Of a stretch of DNA of 64,000 nt, positions 50,280 to 60,965 are shown piece after piece. A program made the translations under genes and the position numbers. Source of the stretch: Squalus acanthias (Eukaryota); NCBI GenBank assembly GCA_030390025.1, contig CM059432.1, forward strand, positions 5,332,001-5,396,000, read 5' to 3'. Each line of letters starts with the position of its first letter. Positions within the stretch are counted from its first letter, which is position 1. The notes beneath the pieces are model-generated. The model worked only from the letters and a program-made list of their open reading frames with translations. It was not told where the DNA came from and did not search any database.

Positions 50280-50710
50280 CACGGTGGCATAGTGGTTAGC
50301 ACTGGTGCCTCACAGCGCCAGAGACTCGGGTTCGAATCTGACCTCGGGTGACTGTCTGTGTGGAGTTTGCACATTCTCCCCGTGTCTGCGTGGGTTTCCT
50401 CCGGGTGCTCCGGTTTCCTCCCACAGTCCAAAAATGTGTGGGTTAGGTTGATTTGGCTATGATAAATTGACCCTTAGTGTTAGGGGGGATTAAATATGTG
50501 GGGTTATGGGGATAGGATGGGATATGTTAGGGGGAATTAAATACGTGGGGTTACGGGGGTAGGGTGGGATATGTGTACTGTGGGGATTAAAGCAGGGACA
50601 GGGTACTGGATTTGGATGATCAGCCATGATCGTATTGAATGGCGGAGCAGGCTCGACGGGCCGAATGGCCTACTCCTGCTCCTAGATTCTATGTTTCTAT
50701 GTTTCTATGT
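50280..50710 (+). mobile_element. V-SINE (HE1-like) with CR1/HER1-type tail, inserted in an L2 fragment
   Basis: tRNA head TGGCATAGTGG / GGTTCGAATC; V-domain tgtggagtttgcacattctccccgtgtctgcgtgggtttcctccgggtgctccggtttcctcccac; tail gatcagccatgat...ggcctactcctgctcct and (ttctatgt)n. Confidence 0.88.
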
Positions 50711-51475
50711 TAATTTACCACCCCCGCCCACTCCATCTCTCTGACTCTGGCCTCCAGTGCATTCTCACCCCTCCCTCTTTACATGGCCTCCAGCACTTGG
50801 ATGTCTCTGTTTCATCTCTGAGAAATGTATGCAGCACTATACAATTTGGTCCCAGGTTCTTCTGACTTAATTCTACTCTTTTGACTATACAGTTCAACGT
50901 CTATTTGCCGTTGTTGACTGCCTTGCATTGGTTGGATACGCTGAGCATTGAGTTTACAAAAACACATGGGTCTCTTTCTGTTTCATAACTAGTTCAACAG
51001 CGTTCATGGAATGCGTGTGTTCCTTATTCTTTTTGCTGTGTGCAGCTCCTAACTGCAGACAGAAACTCTTTCTGCCAGTTGGGGAGTCTAGGACATGGGG
51101 ACATAGCCTGAAAGTTAGAGCAGAACTTTCAGGAGTGAAGTTAGGAAACATTTCTACACGCAAAGGGTAGTTGACGTTTGGAACTCTCTTCCGCAAACAG
51201 CAATTGATGCTAGAAAGAAGACTTGTATTTTTTATACAGCGCCTTTCACGACCACCAGACGTCTCAAAGCGCTTTACAGCCAATGAAGTACTTCTTGAAG
51301 TGTAGTCGCTGTTGTAATGTGGTAAATGCGGCAGCCAATTTGCGCACAGCAAGCTCCCACAAACAGCAATGTGATAATGACCAAATAATCTGTTTTTGTT
51401 ATGTTGGTTGAGGGATAAATATTGACTAGGTCAATTGTTAATTTTAAATCTGAGATTGGTGGATTTTTGTTACAA

Positions 51476-52752
51476 AGCTAGGTGGGAAAGTAAGCTGTGA
51501 GGAGGACAGAGTCTGCAAAGGGATTTGGACAGGTTAAGTGAGTAGTCAAGGAGGTGGCAGATGGAGTATAATGTAGGAAAGTGAGGTTATTCACTTTGGT
51601 AGGAAGAATAGAAAAACAGAATTTTTTAAATGGTGAGAAACTATTAAATGTTGGTGTTCAGAGAGATTTGGGTGTCCTTCTACACGAAACACAAAGTTAG
51701 CAAGCAATTAGGAAGGCAAATGGTATGTTGGCCTTTATTGCAAGGGGGTTGGAGTGCAAGAGTAAGGAAATTTTTTTATATTCATTCACGGGATGTGGGC
51801 GTCGCTGGCAAGGCCAGCATTTATTGCCCTTGAAGATGGTGGTGGTGAGCTGCCCTCTTGACAACTGAGTGACTTGCTCGGCCATTTCAGAGGGCAGTTA
51901 AGAGTCAACCACATTGCTGTGGGTCTGGACTCACGTATAGGCCAGACCAGGTAAGGACGGCAGGTTTCCTTCCCTAAAGGACATTAGTGAACCAGATGGG
52001 TTGTTACGACAATCCAGTAGTTTCATGCTCACCATTACTGATACTAGTTTATTATGCCAGATTTATTTAATTAACTGAATTTAAATTCCCCAGCTGCCGT
52101 GGTGGGATTTGAACTCTTGTCTCCAGATCATTAGTCCAGGCCTCTGGATTGCTAGTCTAGTAAAGTAACCACTATGCTGCATTTGTACAGGGCTTTGGTG
52201 AAGCCACACATGGAGTACTCTACAGTTTTGCTCTCCATACCTAAGGAAGGATATTCTTGCCTTAGAGGGGGTGCAACAAAGGTTCACTAGATTGATTCCT
52301 GGATGAGAGGATTGTCCTATGAGGAGAGATTGAGTAGAATGGGCCTATACTCTCTGGAGTTTAGAAGAATGTGAGGTGATCTCATTGAAACAAGTAAAAT
52401 TTTGAGAGGGTTTGACAGGGTAGATGCTGAGAGACTATTTCCCCTGGCTGGAGAATCTAGAACTAGGGGGCATAGTCTCAGGATAAGAGGTCGGCCATTT
52501 AAGACTGAGATGAGGAATTTCTGCGCTCAAAGGGTTGTGAATCATTGGAATTCTCTGCCCCAAAAGGGATGTAGAGTTGAGTATATTCAAGGCTGAGGTA
52601 GATAGATTTTTGGACACTAAGGGAATCAAGGGATATGGGGATAGGGCTGGAAAGTGGAGTTGAGGTAGAAGATCAGCCATGATCTTATTGAATGGCGGAG
52701 CAGGCTCGAGGGGCCGAATGGCGTACTCCTGCTCCTAATTCCTGTGTTATGT
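51476..52752 (+). mobile_element. CR1/HER1-like 3' fragment interrupted by a MER131-like SINE
   Basis: Parallels 24260-25025. Confidence 0.85.
51781..52180 (-). mobile_element. tRNA-headed MER131-like SINE with LINE-B tail, nested in CR1
   Basis: A-box-like AGCATAGTGG and B-box (52105-52116); same body and tail. Confidence 0.85.
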
Positions 52753-52899
52753 TAACCAAAGGTATTAATGGATATGGGGCAAAGGCAGATCAGCCCTGAT
52801 CTCATTGAAGAGGCAGAACAGGCTCGAGGGGCTCAATGGCCTACTCCTGTTCCTATGTTACACTCACTGTACCTTTACCTAGATTCCCTCACTGTACCT

Positions 52900-52936
52900 T
52901 TACCTGAAGAAGGAACGGAGCTCCGAAAGCTCGTAA
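52900..52936 (+). ncRNA. Minimal hammerhead ribozyme, same family as 8038
   Basis: TTAC-CTGAAGA-A-GGAAC.GGA.GCTCC-GAAA-GC-TC^-GTAA, one mismatch in helix II. Confidence 0.65.
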
Positions 52937-53874
52937 TTTTAAATAAAACTGTTGGACTATAACCTGGTGTTGTGCGACTTCTCATATGTTACACTTGACT
53001 ATTAAATTACATCAGCCATTGCTCTGCTCAGTTACATATTCTGTAATTCCTGAGCTGCTTCCTCCGTGTCCACTGCCCCACTGGTATCGTTTGCAAATTT
53101 GACCTCTTTGCGTTGAGTTTCTGAATCTGGGTCATTTATGTAAATTACAAACAGCAGCGGTCTCAACACCAAGCCCTTAGGTATGCCACTCAATACTTAC
53201 CCTCATACCCCGACGTACCTCATCTACCCTTCCACCTATTTTTTTTATCCATTCCCATGGATCCCTGCAGCTTTGAGGGGGTCATAGATACAGGATTAAA
53301 TGTAAGAGTTTTACAAGAGTGGAGGAGAACGTTGGTGTGAGGTGGTGGAAGTCACTCCAGGGTTAGTGGTTGAGGCAGAAAACTACGTCGGCATTCAAGG
53401 TTAGATTGGAGAGGTGGAGGAAGGAAAAGTGGTTGAAAGGATATGGGAATAGAATAGGTAAATGTGATTAGAACGATTTGCTCGCATTTTGGCCCCATGT
53501 AAGATTTTTGAAGTTGGGAACATGAAATGTACAGGATAATGGAATCCTATTTTACGATAGGCCTGTGGAAATGTAGGATTGGGAAAAGCCCATCCCTATG
53601 AAGGCAGATCGAGTGCCTCCCATTAAAGGTTTTAAGGAGGGCTAGTCAACAAAATTAACAATTTAATTAAAGCGATTAAGACAAACAAAATGTTCCACGC
53701 AGTGCTCACTGGTCACAGAGAGCATCCAGTGGACACCGTGTGATGGTATTAAAGGGTCACTTGAGTGCAAACTGCAGTTTTAAACATGGACAAGAAGTCA
53801 CAGGCGATTCCAGGCATCCTGGACCTGTGGATGGTTGACTTTGCTGGGCCCAGGAGCAAGCCGGCCGGGAGACT

Positions 53875-54348
53875 TGACTATTCCAGTACTCACCTGGCCG
53901 CCCTCCATCAACTTCACCTCATCCAAAACTCTGCTGCCTGTATTCTATCCCGTACCAAGTTGCGCTCGTCCATCAGCCTGTGCTCGATGGCTTGTATTGG
54001 CTTCTGCTCCCTCAATGCCTCAAATTTAAAATTCTCCTCATCGTGTTTAAATCTCTCCATGGCTTCGCTGTTCCCCATCTCTAACTTTCTTCAGCCTTAC
54101 GCCCCTCAAGAACTCTGTGTTTCTCTAACTTTGGCCTCTTGTGCATTCTCCACTCTCTTCACCTGCCATTGGTAGCTATGCCTTCAGCTGTCTAGGCCCT
54201 ACACTCGGTAATTCCCTCCCTAAAACCAACAACTTTGACCAAACATTGGGCCCCCCCCCAATCTTCTCCTCTTGGACTCCGCATCTTTAAACCTCAAGTG
54301 CCAAGGGAAGTTTTTCGACATTAAATTTGCTATACAAATGCAAGTTGT
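53875..54348 (+). mobile_element. L2 LINE 3' fragment
   Basis: RLDYSS..LA...LHLIQNSAA.IL and tail gctatacaaatgcaagttgtt. Other L2 bits at 9700-9990(-), 33520-33683(+), 48550-48745(-), 50070-50790(+). Confidence 0.75.
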
Positions 54349-54486
54349 TGAAAGAGAAAGATGGGTTAACGTTTCAGGTGGGATCCTTCACCCGTACATG
54401 TCGAGCATTTCCTCCTTTTCGTTAGCAGAATTGTGTTTTCTTTTTAAAATCTCCTAAACTTTTTTTAATTTGTCATTTCCTTCCAG

Positions 54487-54640
54487 GTTGAAGAGGCACA
54501 GCCAGTAGTCATCACCCAAGAACCAGCTGTAATTGTGGAAAGTTCTTCCCAGGATATCACTTCCCAAGTGCCAGACACACTATCAGAGTCGGAACCATCC
54601 GCTTCTGCCACTAAACAGAACAGCCTGCCTCCTTCACAAG
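54487..54640 (+). CDS. mtdh: Metadherin coding exon: VEEAQPVVITQEPAVIVESSSQDITSQVP...TKQNSLPPSQ(A)
   Basis: tccttccAG acceptor, AAG|GTCAGT donor, 154 nt, phase 0-1. SQVP and TKQNS.PPSQ motifs. Confidence 0.94.
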
Positions 54641-54717
54641 GTCAGTGTTTGAAATCTCTCTAAATGTGGCCAGGGTTGTATGTAAATATGTAATGAAGAT
54701 CAGACTATTTTTTAAAA

Positions 54718-55130
54718 TTAATTTATGGGATGTGGGCGTCGCTGGCAAGACAAGCATTTATTGCCCATCCCTAATTACCCTCGAGGAGGTGGTGGTGGTG
54801 AGCCACCGCCTTATACAACTGAGTGTCTCGCTAGGCCATTTCAGAGGGGCAGTTAAGAGTCGACCACATTGCTGTGGGCCTGGAGTCACATATAGGCCAG
54901 ACCGGGTAAGGACGGCAGATTTCCTTCCCTAAAGGACATTAGTGAACCAGGTGGGTTGTTAAGACAATCCGGTAGTTTCATGGTCACCATTACTGATACT
55001 AGCTTTTTATTCCAGATTTATTTAATTAATTGAATTTAAATTCCCAGCTGCTGTGGTGGGATTTGAACTCACGTCTCCGGATCATTAGTCCAGGCCTCTG
55101 GATTACTGGGCCAGTGACATGGGTTACCAT
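54718..55130 (-). mobile_element. tRNA-headed MER131-like SINE with LINE-B tail
   Basis: B-box GAGTTCAAATCC; body ggttcactaatgtcctttagggaaggaaatctgcc...cactcagttg joined to the LINE-B 3' end. Confidence 0.85.
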
Positions 55131-56024
55131 AAATGTGTGTATATGTAATGTAATGAAGATCAGACAAATTCTACGTATGGCCGCCTGCTCCTATTATGTC
55201 CTTAATGCCACCTGGAAGGCAAGTCTGCGCGAATGTCAAGTGAGAAGCAAATTAATGACTCCACAGTTGAATCGCCTGCTGGTGTCCATTGGTAGGGTTA
55301 CGACTGAAGAAAGGTCTCTTGGGTACGGTACCAGAGGCCCGCTGATGGCCGTACAAGTGTACTCTACCACGATTCTCTCCTCACTGAAGAGAGTGGAGGA
55401 GGGAGAGAAATAGCTTCATTACCATAAATGTAGACCTACAAATTGGACTCCCAAGATAAAATGTTTCTGCGGTAAATCGGTTCAAGAAGGCAGCTCACCA
55501 CCACCACCTCCTCGAGGGCAATTAGGGATGGGCAATAAATGCTGGCCTTGCCAGCGACACCCACATCCCATGAATGAATTTTTTTTTAAAACCTTTGTGC
55601 AGGGTTCATAGTTATGTTTTCAGATGGAATAATTCCTATTTGTTTTAATTTCAGTCCACATGGTCCCTTCCTGAATTGACAAATAACTCAAAAGATCTGC
55701 ATTCTTTGATATTTACTGAATTTAGTTTTTCTTCAGTAAGAGACCTTTCTCACTATGTTGTGAAGACCAGTCACTCTTGTACCATCTAAGTGTTGGTTAT
55801 GGAAAAGATGTGATGTTTATGCAATGCAACAAGGAGTTACATTGAAGTTGGGACAGAGTTGATGAGCACCTATGCCACAGAAAAAGCAGTAATTAACTAC
55901 CTTTTTTCTTTTTGCGGTTCTCCTCCTAATTTTATGTTGGATTGTTGTGCTCTTCAAGGAGAATGCACCGCTAATAATATTGAATTTATATAGCATCTTT
56001 CACGGCAAAATGTGTCTAAGCAAT

Positions 56025-56522
56025 CATCCACTTGCCTGGATGAGTGCAGCTGCAACAACACTCAAGAAGCTCGACACCATCCAGGACAAAGCAGCCCACT
56101 TGATTGGCACCCCATCCACCACCTTAAACATTCCCTCCCTCCACCGTGGCTGCAGTGTGTACCATCTACAAGATGCACTGCAGCAACTCGCCAAAGCTGC
56201 TTCGACAGCACCTCCCAAACCCGCGACCTCTACCACCTAGAAGGACAAGGGCAGCAGCAGGCGCATAGGAACACCACCACCTGCAAGTTCCCCTCCCAAT
56301 TTATACACCATCCTGACTCTGAAATATATCGTCGTTCCTTCATCGTTGCTGGGTAAAAATCCTGGAACTCCCTCCCTAACAGCACTGTTGGGAGCACCTT
56401 CACCACACGGACTGCAGCGGTTTAAGGAGGCGGCTCACCACCACCTTCTCGAGGGCAATTAGGGATGGGCAATAAATGCCGACCTTGCCAGCAACGCCCA
56501 CATCCCAGGAACGAATAAAAAC
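56025..56522 (+). mobile_element. LINE-B 3' fragment
   Basis: PLAWMSAAATTLKKLDTIQDKAA... plus tail. Confidence 0.85.
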
Positions 56523-57427
56523 AAATATAGCATCTTTCACACCAAAACGTCGCTAAGCAATGTACACCATGAATTACTCAAAGTGCAGTGACAGTTGTCC
56601 AGACAAACTCAGCAGTCATTCTGCATTAACAACATCCCATGGGATGAATGATCGATCAAACTGTGTGGTTGAGGGAGGAATGTTCTCTTCTTCAAATAGT
56701 GCCATAGAACCTTTAATATCCACTTGAATCACAAAAACAGGCAAAGGAAACCTCTCTCCCAAATGGTGGTGCCTCCAATAATGCAGCATTCCACTCAGTT
56801 CCGTACTGGAGTGGCAGTGTAAAGCATCATTAGGCTGCAAATGATGCAACCAGAATTGGAGTAAAGCTCTTTCTACTCTTTAGCAATTTGCCTTTCCCCC
56901 AACCTCAGAAAAGTACCCATGCTGTTTCGGCATTTCCCATTTCTCTCATCCCTGTGGTCTGACTGAATGACATTGCATATTTAATCATTTTGAGCAATAA
57001 ATCTATTGAGCTGAGCTGGGATGGGATTGCTCAAACTTGTTTCAGCAACAAAGTGAGAGACTTTCATTCCCTCAGCCTGGGATGGATATAAAACAAGGCC
57101 CCAGTGCCAAAAGAACACTACTTTTACCCCACTCCACTACCTCAGCTTCCATACTTATTCTGTACATGGTATATACAGCTTATGTACGCACCAGTAAATG
57201 GCAGTCAATATGGATCTGGACCAAACTCTTCAGCTTCAAGGAAGTGACGACCCAAATGGACTATAGAAAGTCCGACAGTGTGGTGCACTTTGACTTCCAA
57301 AGGCAATTAACAATGTACCACATAATAGGCTGTTTGTTAAACTCGAAGCTGCAGTAATTGAGGGTAAACTCTGGGAATGGATAAGAAATCGGCTAAAGGG
57401 TAGAAAACAATAAATGCTCATTTGAGG

Positions 57428-58850
57428 CGTTGCATCTTCAACGGCAGCTCCCAAACCCGCCACCTCCACCATCTTGAAGGACAAGGGCAGCAGGGGCATG
57501 GGAACACCACCACCTCCAAGTTGCACATCATCCTGACTTGGAAATATATCGCTGTTCCTTCATCGTCGCTGGGTCAGTATCCTGGCACTCCCTCCCTAAC
57601 AGCACTGTGGGAGCACCTTCACCACACGGACTGCAGCGGTTCAAGAAGGCGACTCACCACCACCTTCTCGAGGGCAATTAAGGATGGGCAATAAATGCTG
57701 GCTTTGCCAGCGGCGCCCACATCATAGAATCATAGAATGGTTACAGCACGGAAGAAGGCCATTCGGCCCGTCGAGCCCGTGCTGGCGCTCTGCAAGAGCA
57801 CTTCAGCTAGTCCCACTCCCCCGCCCTTTCCCCGTAGCCCTGCAAATGTTTTTCTTTCAGGTACTTATCCAACTCCCTTTTGAAAGCTGTGATTGAGTCT
57901 GCCTTCACCACCCTTTCAGGCAATGCATTCCAGATCCTAACCACTCGCTGAGTTTATAAAAAAAAAAAAAGTTTTTTCTTGCATCGCCTCTGGTTCTTTT
58001 GCCAATCACCTTAAATCTGTGTCCTCTGGTTCTCGACCCTTCTGTCAATGGCAAAGTGGCAAGTTGGATCCATAATTGGCTCAGAGGCAGGAAACAAAGG
58101 GTAATGGTCGAAGGGTGTTTTTGTGACTGGAAGGCTATTTCCAGTGAGGTTCCGCAGGGCTCAGTACTGGGTCCTTTGCTTTTTGTGGTATATATCAATG
58201 ATTTGGACTTGAATGTAGGAAGTATGATTAAGAAGTTTGCAGATGATACAAAAATTGGCCGTGTGGTTGATGATGAAGAAGAAAGCTGTAGACTGCAGGC
58301 AGATATGCTATGAGGAAAGATTGGATAGGCTGCGGTTGTTTTCTTTGGAACACAGGAGGTTGAGGGGGAGACCTAATTGAGGTGTATAAAATTATGAGGG
58401 GCCTAGATAGAGTGGATAGGAAGGACCTATTTCCCTTAGCAGAGGGGTCGATAACCAGGGGGCATAGATTTAAAGTAATTGGTAGGAGGTTTAGAGGGGA
58501 TTTGAGGAGAAATGTTTTCACCGAGGGTGGTGGGGGTCTGGAACTCACTGCCTGAAAGGGTGGTAGAGGCAGAAATCCTCATCACATTAAAAAAGTACTT
58601 GGATGTGCACTTGAAGTGCCATAACCAACAAGGCTACGGACCAAGAGCTGGAAAGTGGGATTAGGCTGGATAGCTCTGTCGGTCGGCACGGACAAGATGG
58701 GCCTAATGGCGGCCTCCTGTGCTGTAAATTTCTATGATTCTATGAATGGGAACAGTTTCTCTCTATCTACTCTGTCCAGATTGATTTTGAACACATCTTA
58801 TCAAATCTCCTCTCAATCTTCTCTGCTCATCCCAGGAACGAATAAAAAAA
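57428..58850 (+). mobile_element. LINE-B 3' fragment split by nested CR1 copies
   Basis: Tail gcccacatc at 57723 resumes as catcccaggaacgaataaaa at 58828; flanking TTGAGG duplication. Confidence 0.75.
58046..58744 (+). mobile_element. CR1 fragment with internal deletion, nested in a minus-strand CR1
   Basis: [14 protein letters not shown] and tail. Confidence 0.85.
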
Positions 58851-59854
58851 ATTGAGGTGGAAAGGGAAGTACTGAGTAGGGTGCCCAATACTCAATGTTG
58901 AGACCACTGCTGTTTCTGGTTTACCTAAATGTCCTAATTCCGAAACTTGATTCAAGTGATCAAATTTGCAGCTGATACGAGACTTAGGATGCCAGTGGAA
59001 TCAAGAGGTAGCTTAGAAATCGCAGAATAGTTTGGATAAAATGTACAAGTGAGCAGAACGATGGCAGATGGAGCTTAATGTAGACAAGTCTAAAGTACTT
59101 TACAAAGAAAGATTAAAAAAATAAGTGGACATGTACTCCATGAATAGTGTTGAAATAGCTAAAGATGAAGCTCATAGAGGCCTAGGAACAGGGGAGTTCT
59201 CCTGGTGTCCTGGCCAATATTTATCCCTCAAACAGATTATCTGGTCATTATCTCATTGCTGTTTGTGGGAGCTTGCTGTGTGCTAATTGGCTGCTGTGTT
59301 TCCTACATTACAACAGTGACTACACTTCAAAAAGTACTTCATTGGCTATAAAGTGCTTTGGTACGTCCTGAGGTCGTGAACGGTGCTGTAGAAATAGAAG
59401 GAAACCAGTTCAATTTTAAAGGCACAGATTATGCAATTTTAAGAGCAGCACATTTTGGAATTGCTGTAAAGCTGTTGTGATGCTTCAGTGGTATTTTTTA
59501 ATTGAACTAGAATATCTTTAATGGTCCTGAGGTGGCGGCTGCTTACCTTCCGAAGATCACTCCTTGTCCAACACAATCTGTTAAATTTTATTTGGCTACG
59601 ATAGCATTTTAAGTGGCAGACAAGTGCCGTGCCTAGAAATGATGAAACGCACGCTCACTCTGCGCAGCCTGGCTGGAATCCGCTTGAGGGAGGGGGAAGG
59701 ACCGAACAGAGAATTTTCAAGTAGGCAGTAGACGTTTACCAGACACAGGCAAGGCAGAATCACACATTAGACATGTGTAGTAATAGTTCCACGCCCACAT
59801 TCTTGACAGTGCCAGATGCATCCCGAAAGGGCTCAGCAGCTCGTTTAACACAAA

Positions 59855-60270
59855 ACACTGGAGTTTAGAAGGATGAGAGGTGAGCTCGTTGAAATATGTA
59901 AAATTCTTTAGAGGGCTTGACAGGGTAGATGCTTGAGAGTCTGTTTTCCCCTGGCTGGTGAGTCTAGAACTAAGGGTCACAGTCTCAGGATAAGGGGTCG
60001 GCCATTTTGGACTGAGGTGAGGAGAAATTTCTTCTGAGGGGGTGGTGAATCTTTGGAATTCTCTACCCCAGGGGGCTGTGGATGCTGAATCGTTGAGTAT
60101 ATTCAAGGCTGAGATCGATAGATTTTGGGGGCACTAAAAAAAAAAACAAGGGATTTGGGGGATCGGGCAGGAAAGTGGAGTTGAGGTCGATGATCAGCCA
60201 CGATCTTAGTGAATGGCGGAGCAGGCTCGAGGGGCTGTATGGCCTACTCCTGCTCCTATTTCTTATGTTC
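59855..60270 (+). mobile_element. CR1/HER1-like 3' fragment
   Basis: Typical 3' end. Many more short tails occur, e.g. 3265-3410, 11160-11432, 30010-30300, 37790-38190, 43136-43498. Confidence 0.85.
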
Positions 60271-60578
60271 ATATATACGAATGGGCCCGGCCACGCGTCT
60301 ATGAAGTGACCACCTCTCGAGACAAAGAGAAAATAGTTTGAAGTGGCCAGCACGGATTGCAAAAGGGACAATCCCTGTTGTCTTCGGCAGAGGCAACGCG
60401 TCGTATAAAGAAAGAGCTCAATGCACTAACTTTAAAATCACTCTGACTTTAAAGACAGGTGTTTCTTGATTGCGTGTGTGTTCATATAGCTTTTAAAAAT
60501 GATTCGAATCTGTGAATAATGTGGCTTTCTCCGATGCTTGTCTCCTCAGTCAACGGGAAATGAAACAGTACTGCCCTG

Positions 60579-60720
60579 CAATGTTCCTGTTGAGCTGCAC
60601 GGCTGCGCAGGCCAGATTTTCAATCGAAATAACCGCGCATGCGCAGACGTTTCAATGGGCGGCGCAGCCCGTTAAAGGGGCCGCACACCCGGAAGAAAAA
60701 AAATTAATGAACATTTATTG
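60579..60720. mobile_element. hAT-like MITE, same family
   Basis: CAATGTTCC start; TSD CTGCCCTG/CTGCTCTG; shared core gcgcagc.cgttaaaggggcc. Confidence 0.7.
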
Positions 60721-60894
60721 CTGCTCTGTTAACATGGCTTGCGGTTAAATATTCAGAAGGCGATTTAATGTGGAGTTGCTGCTTTTCCTGCTGCAATGCT
60801 GTCAATTTACAGCAGTCGTACCTTTTGATCAAAGGTACGCATTATCGTGACTAATAGTGCCCGTTGTCCCAATCCTGTATTCTCTTCGTTTCAG

Positions 60895-60965
60895 CGAAAT
60901 CGGAAGATAGCTGGGAGTCGCCGAAGCAGATCAAGAAGAAGAAGCGAGCAAGAAGGGAAACATGA
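60895..60965 (+). CDS. mtdh: Metadherin last coding exon: (A)KSEDSWESPKQIKKKKRARRET*
   Basis: tttcAG acceptor, phase 1, TGA at 60963-60965. Near-identical to the human C-terminus KSETSWESPKQIKKKKKARRET. Confidence 0.97.
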
